From Mobula hypostoma (taxonomy: Eukaryota), in the NCBI RefSeq assembly GCF_963921235.1, contig NC_086108.1, positions 68,574,001-68,638,000 of the forward strand: DNA of 64,000 bases. Direction: 5' to 3'. The notes under the pieces were generated by a model. It made no database searches. It was given only the letters and a program-made list of their open reading frames with translations, and had not been told where the DNA came from. Position numbers and translations under genes: made by a program. Of the stretch, positions 61,263 to 64,000 are shown piece after piece; positions within the stretch are counted from its first letter, which is position 1, and each line of letters starts with the position of its first letter.

Positions 61263-61296
61263 ACTGTCGACGTTTCGGGCCGGGAGCCTTCATCAG
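61263..61296 (-). ncRNA. Hammerhead core with intact catalytic nucleotides but missing the 5' strand of stem I
   Basis: Minus strand CTGATGA-AGGCTCCCGGCCC-GAAA-CGTC-GACAG. Confidence 0.65.
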
Positions 61297-64000
61297 ATTC
61301 ATCCTTCATTCGATTCGTTGCAATTTCTGAAAGCGAATTCCAAGTGCCGATCTCCTTTTCTGAGAAATATTCATGTTGTTTTAATTGCATATTTTATATT
61401 TCATCAGTTTTGAGCTCAATTCGATGTACTGTGTATCGGTTTGCTCTTTACATTTCAGTATCTACTATGTTAGATCTTAATATTTAATATGCCTCATTTT
61501 GGTTTCCTTTCAATTTTAGAATGAAGTTTTACCAAAGCTCCATGTAATTCGTCCGCGGGAAGTTGGGGAATCAACATAACTCTACATAGTCTGGAATATT
61601 TCCACTGTGTCCTGATGATCCCAATTTTTAAAAAAAACGTTCAAGTTTTGGAATAATTTTGTCATAGTTGTGCTCCGAACATCACATACTTTAATATAAA
61701 TATTGATATAAACAATTGCAGTAATTTAGTGAGGTTGTATTTAAGTTACGTCTGTGTCCATTTTAACGTTAAGCGTTAAATTGACTTGTAATGTGCAAAA
61801 CGTGACAGGCTTCCACTCCACTGGCCTCCTAAGTAACAATAGCGGACTTGCGGCATAAGAGGGCGCTGGAGCCCAGAGCAAGTATAGGGAAGGGTTTTCG
61901 ATTCAATTCGTAATTCAAAATTTGGCACAAAGCATTTTTTTCTGCAGTAATTTGTAGTGGTGTTTAAAACTAAAATAACATTTGAGTAATCAATGGTGAT
62001 TTGCTTACAATGCTTATGCTGGAAGATAAAACAGAGATTGCAGCTTTGGCCCTAATTTAACACCGACTGTATCAGCTCACTTTTGCTTTTCAAGTTTTAA
62101 TTTCCAGTAAAAAATATCACTCCTGACGCCATCGTTATTACTCTGAACCCTCGCACCTACATCGACGCTCAGCCATTTGAAGTTCAACCATGCGCCCAGA
62201 TGTATTAAAAACGACCTTTGAGAATGAAAATCAATAACACACGTTCTGTTTCAAACTGAGATATGTTTGTCCACAATACTGTAGTTCATTTGAAATATAT
62301 GGCAGGTTTGGAATAGCAGATTATGTTTGTGACAAAGTAATTGACTAGTAGTTATGGAACTGATCAAATTAAATGTCCATTAAGCTCTGAGTGACAATTC
62401 ACTGGATTGAGGTCATTTGATAGGGCTGGTTGTGTTCCTTTTCCCTGTTTTACGTAGGAGTGGCAGATTGCCGAATTTAGATCGTTAAACACCTGGCATA
62501 CACCTTGAAATTAAACAATGAAGTTAATCATATTCTTCCAAGGCGTCGGGCACGTGATAGAATTGATGTTATTGTGAATTTGATAATGCAATTCTAATTT
62601 CTGTGTAAAAATTCTGCGGTCCAGTTTGAAAGTTATTCCACCGTCATCTCTTCTACTAGGGACCCTTGAAGCACGTTTGCACAGAGGGAAATTATACATT
62701 TAGGAAATCCTCCATTTGAAGAAATTAATTAAATCATATGCCATTTATTGATATTATTGAATTTTGCAAAGTCCTTTCTTGACAAAGAAGTTCACACGAT
62801 AGTAACACAATGCGACGTCTAACTTTTTTTAGTGATGAGATTCTAACTTCTCATTTGTACGCGGAAAAACTGATGCTAAGCTTTTTGCAATGAACACAAA
62901 ATACAAAAGCAAATCCGAGGCACGGATGCTGACTAAAATTTACTGAATTGCTATTATGTGTATTATTCGTCAACATTTTTAAAACTTTTCATTTTGTTCA
63001 CTATTTGAGAATAGAAGTTGCAATTAGTGAAGGCGCACGTTCACCCAAACATTGCTTTTTGTGGTAAATTTAATTATTTCTTGTACCTCTTTTCGTTAAT
63101 ATAAACGTTTGACACTGATTAATTAATTTAAAACATTTCATAAAATTGTTTTCAGAATCGTCAGCGAATTATTCCTATTTCCTGTTTTCGCTCGGACTGA
63201 AATGTTTCAAATTTCTTGATAAATAGCGGAAATAACCATAAATTCAAACTGCTCTAATGTGCTTTTTTTCCAAAATAAATATTAGTCTTCGTCTAGAATA
63301 TTCGTCATGTTATATTACAACCATCCAAGCCATCAGAAGAAAAGGTTATATCTGCCATGTGTTTATTTCTTATATTGGAGCTAATTCATTACTTTTAAAT
63401 ATTCTTCCTAAATGTTTATTTAGAACAATAGAAAGTGACATATATACCAGCAAGAATAAGTCCCTTCAATTAAAGTTAATACTTTCTTTACGAAGTTTTA
63501 AGATTCGAATATTTGCCTCTTTTTTTGTTTACTTTCGATTTTCATTTGGATTATTTGGAAAATTATTTTTGATTTTCTTGTTTCCTATGCTTTTTTTTAA
63601 CAGAACAAGTTTCAGATCTATTAAGAGACGACGTAAATGCCCAAAATTTTTTCAATTAAATAGAACAAGTTCTACATAACTGCGGGACACCGTTGTTAGA
63701 CATACTTGGCGAGTATATAATCATGTACAACAAATATTATATTTAAAATATTGCATAGTTAGAGGTGTAAAATATGTATATAACCTGTGAAATATAAAGC
63801 TAGCGAGATTGTAAACATTCAGTTGATTGGAAAGTTCTCAAAACAGTTTCACATTTTCGATAATGATTGGAATAATACTGCAGCCTGGTGGAGACCTAGC
63901 GAAGGACCAAATATTGTGACCCTTCATAACCATAGCGACAATCCTCTGGGTGCTAACGCCCGTAGTAGTATTCTCAAATATAGAAACCCTGAATTAATTC

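Larger units (their letters stand above)
61143..61296 (-). mobile_element. Short Penelope-like terminal element with expanded (CA)n
   Basis: CTGCAGATGCTGGAAGTCCAGAGCAACAC(AC)nAATGCTGGAGGAAC...; breaks at the hammerhead CUGA; ATTCA on both flanks. Confidence 0.82.

Noticed and set aside
63257..63679. 140-aa ORF near the window end
   Set aside because: AT-rich, F/I/L/K-biased, no recognisable domain; consistent with a chance ORF.
1..64000. Prokaryotic RT systems (retron, DGR, group II intron) or CRISPR arrays
   Set aside because: All RTs carry eukaryotic CR1, L1, Rex1, Penelope or Gypsy signatures; no repeat-spacer array or operon-like gene density.

Overview
Vertebrate non-coding DNA, most likely from a cartilaginous fish such as a ray (inferred from the mix of esterase-ORF1 CR1 LINEs, V-SINE/HE1-like SINEs, Rex1/Babar, L1 and abundant Penelope-like elements). 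I found no intact host gene; nearly all long ORFs are decayed transposon ORFs or their antisense frames. Roughly two thirds of the window is nested transposable elements: CR1, Penelope-like with minimal hammerhead ribozyme motifs, a Gypsy LTR element plus solo/partial LTRs, L1, Rex1/Babar, one hAT derivative and SINEs. Many have readable target-site duplications. The most unusual object is a 469-bp TSD-flanked insert (1900-2368, minus strand). It has a hairpin-rich head, an RTE-like tail, and a captured ~175-bp piece of a host ZFTRAF1/CYHR1-like coding exon in circularly permuted order. Also notable: a palindromic hammerhead-centred mini-Penelope with a 13-bp TSD, a hAT deletion derivative that keeps a zinc-finger + dimerisation-domain frame, and a TE-poor, CpG-retaining last ~3.4 kb that may border a regulatory domain. 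Family calls are from motif recognition by eye, not database searches, and boundaries without TSDs are approximate.
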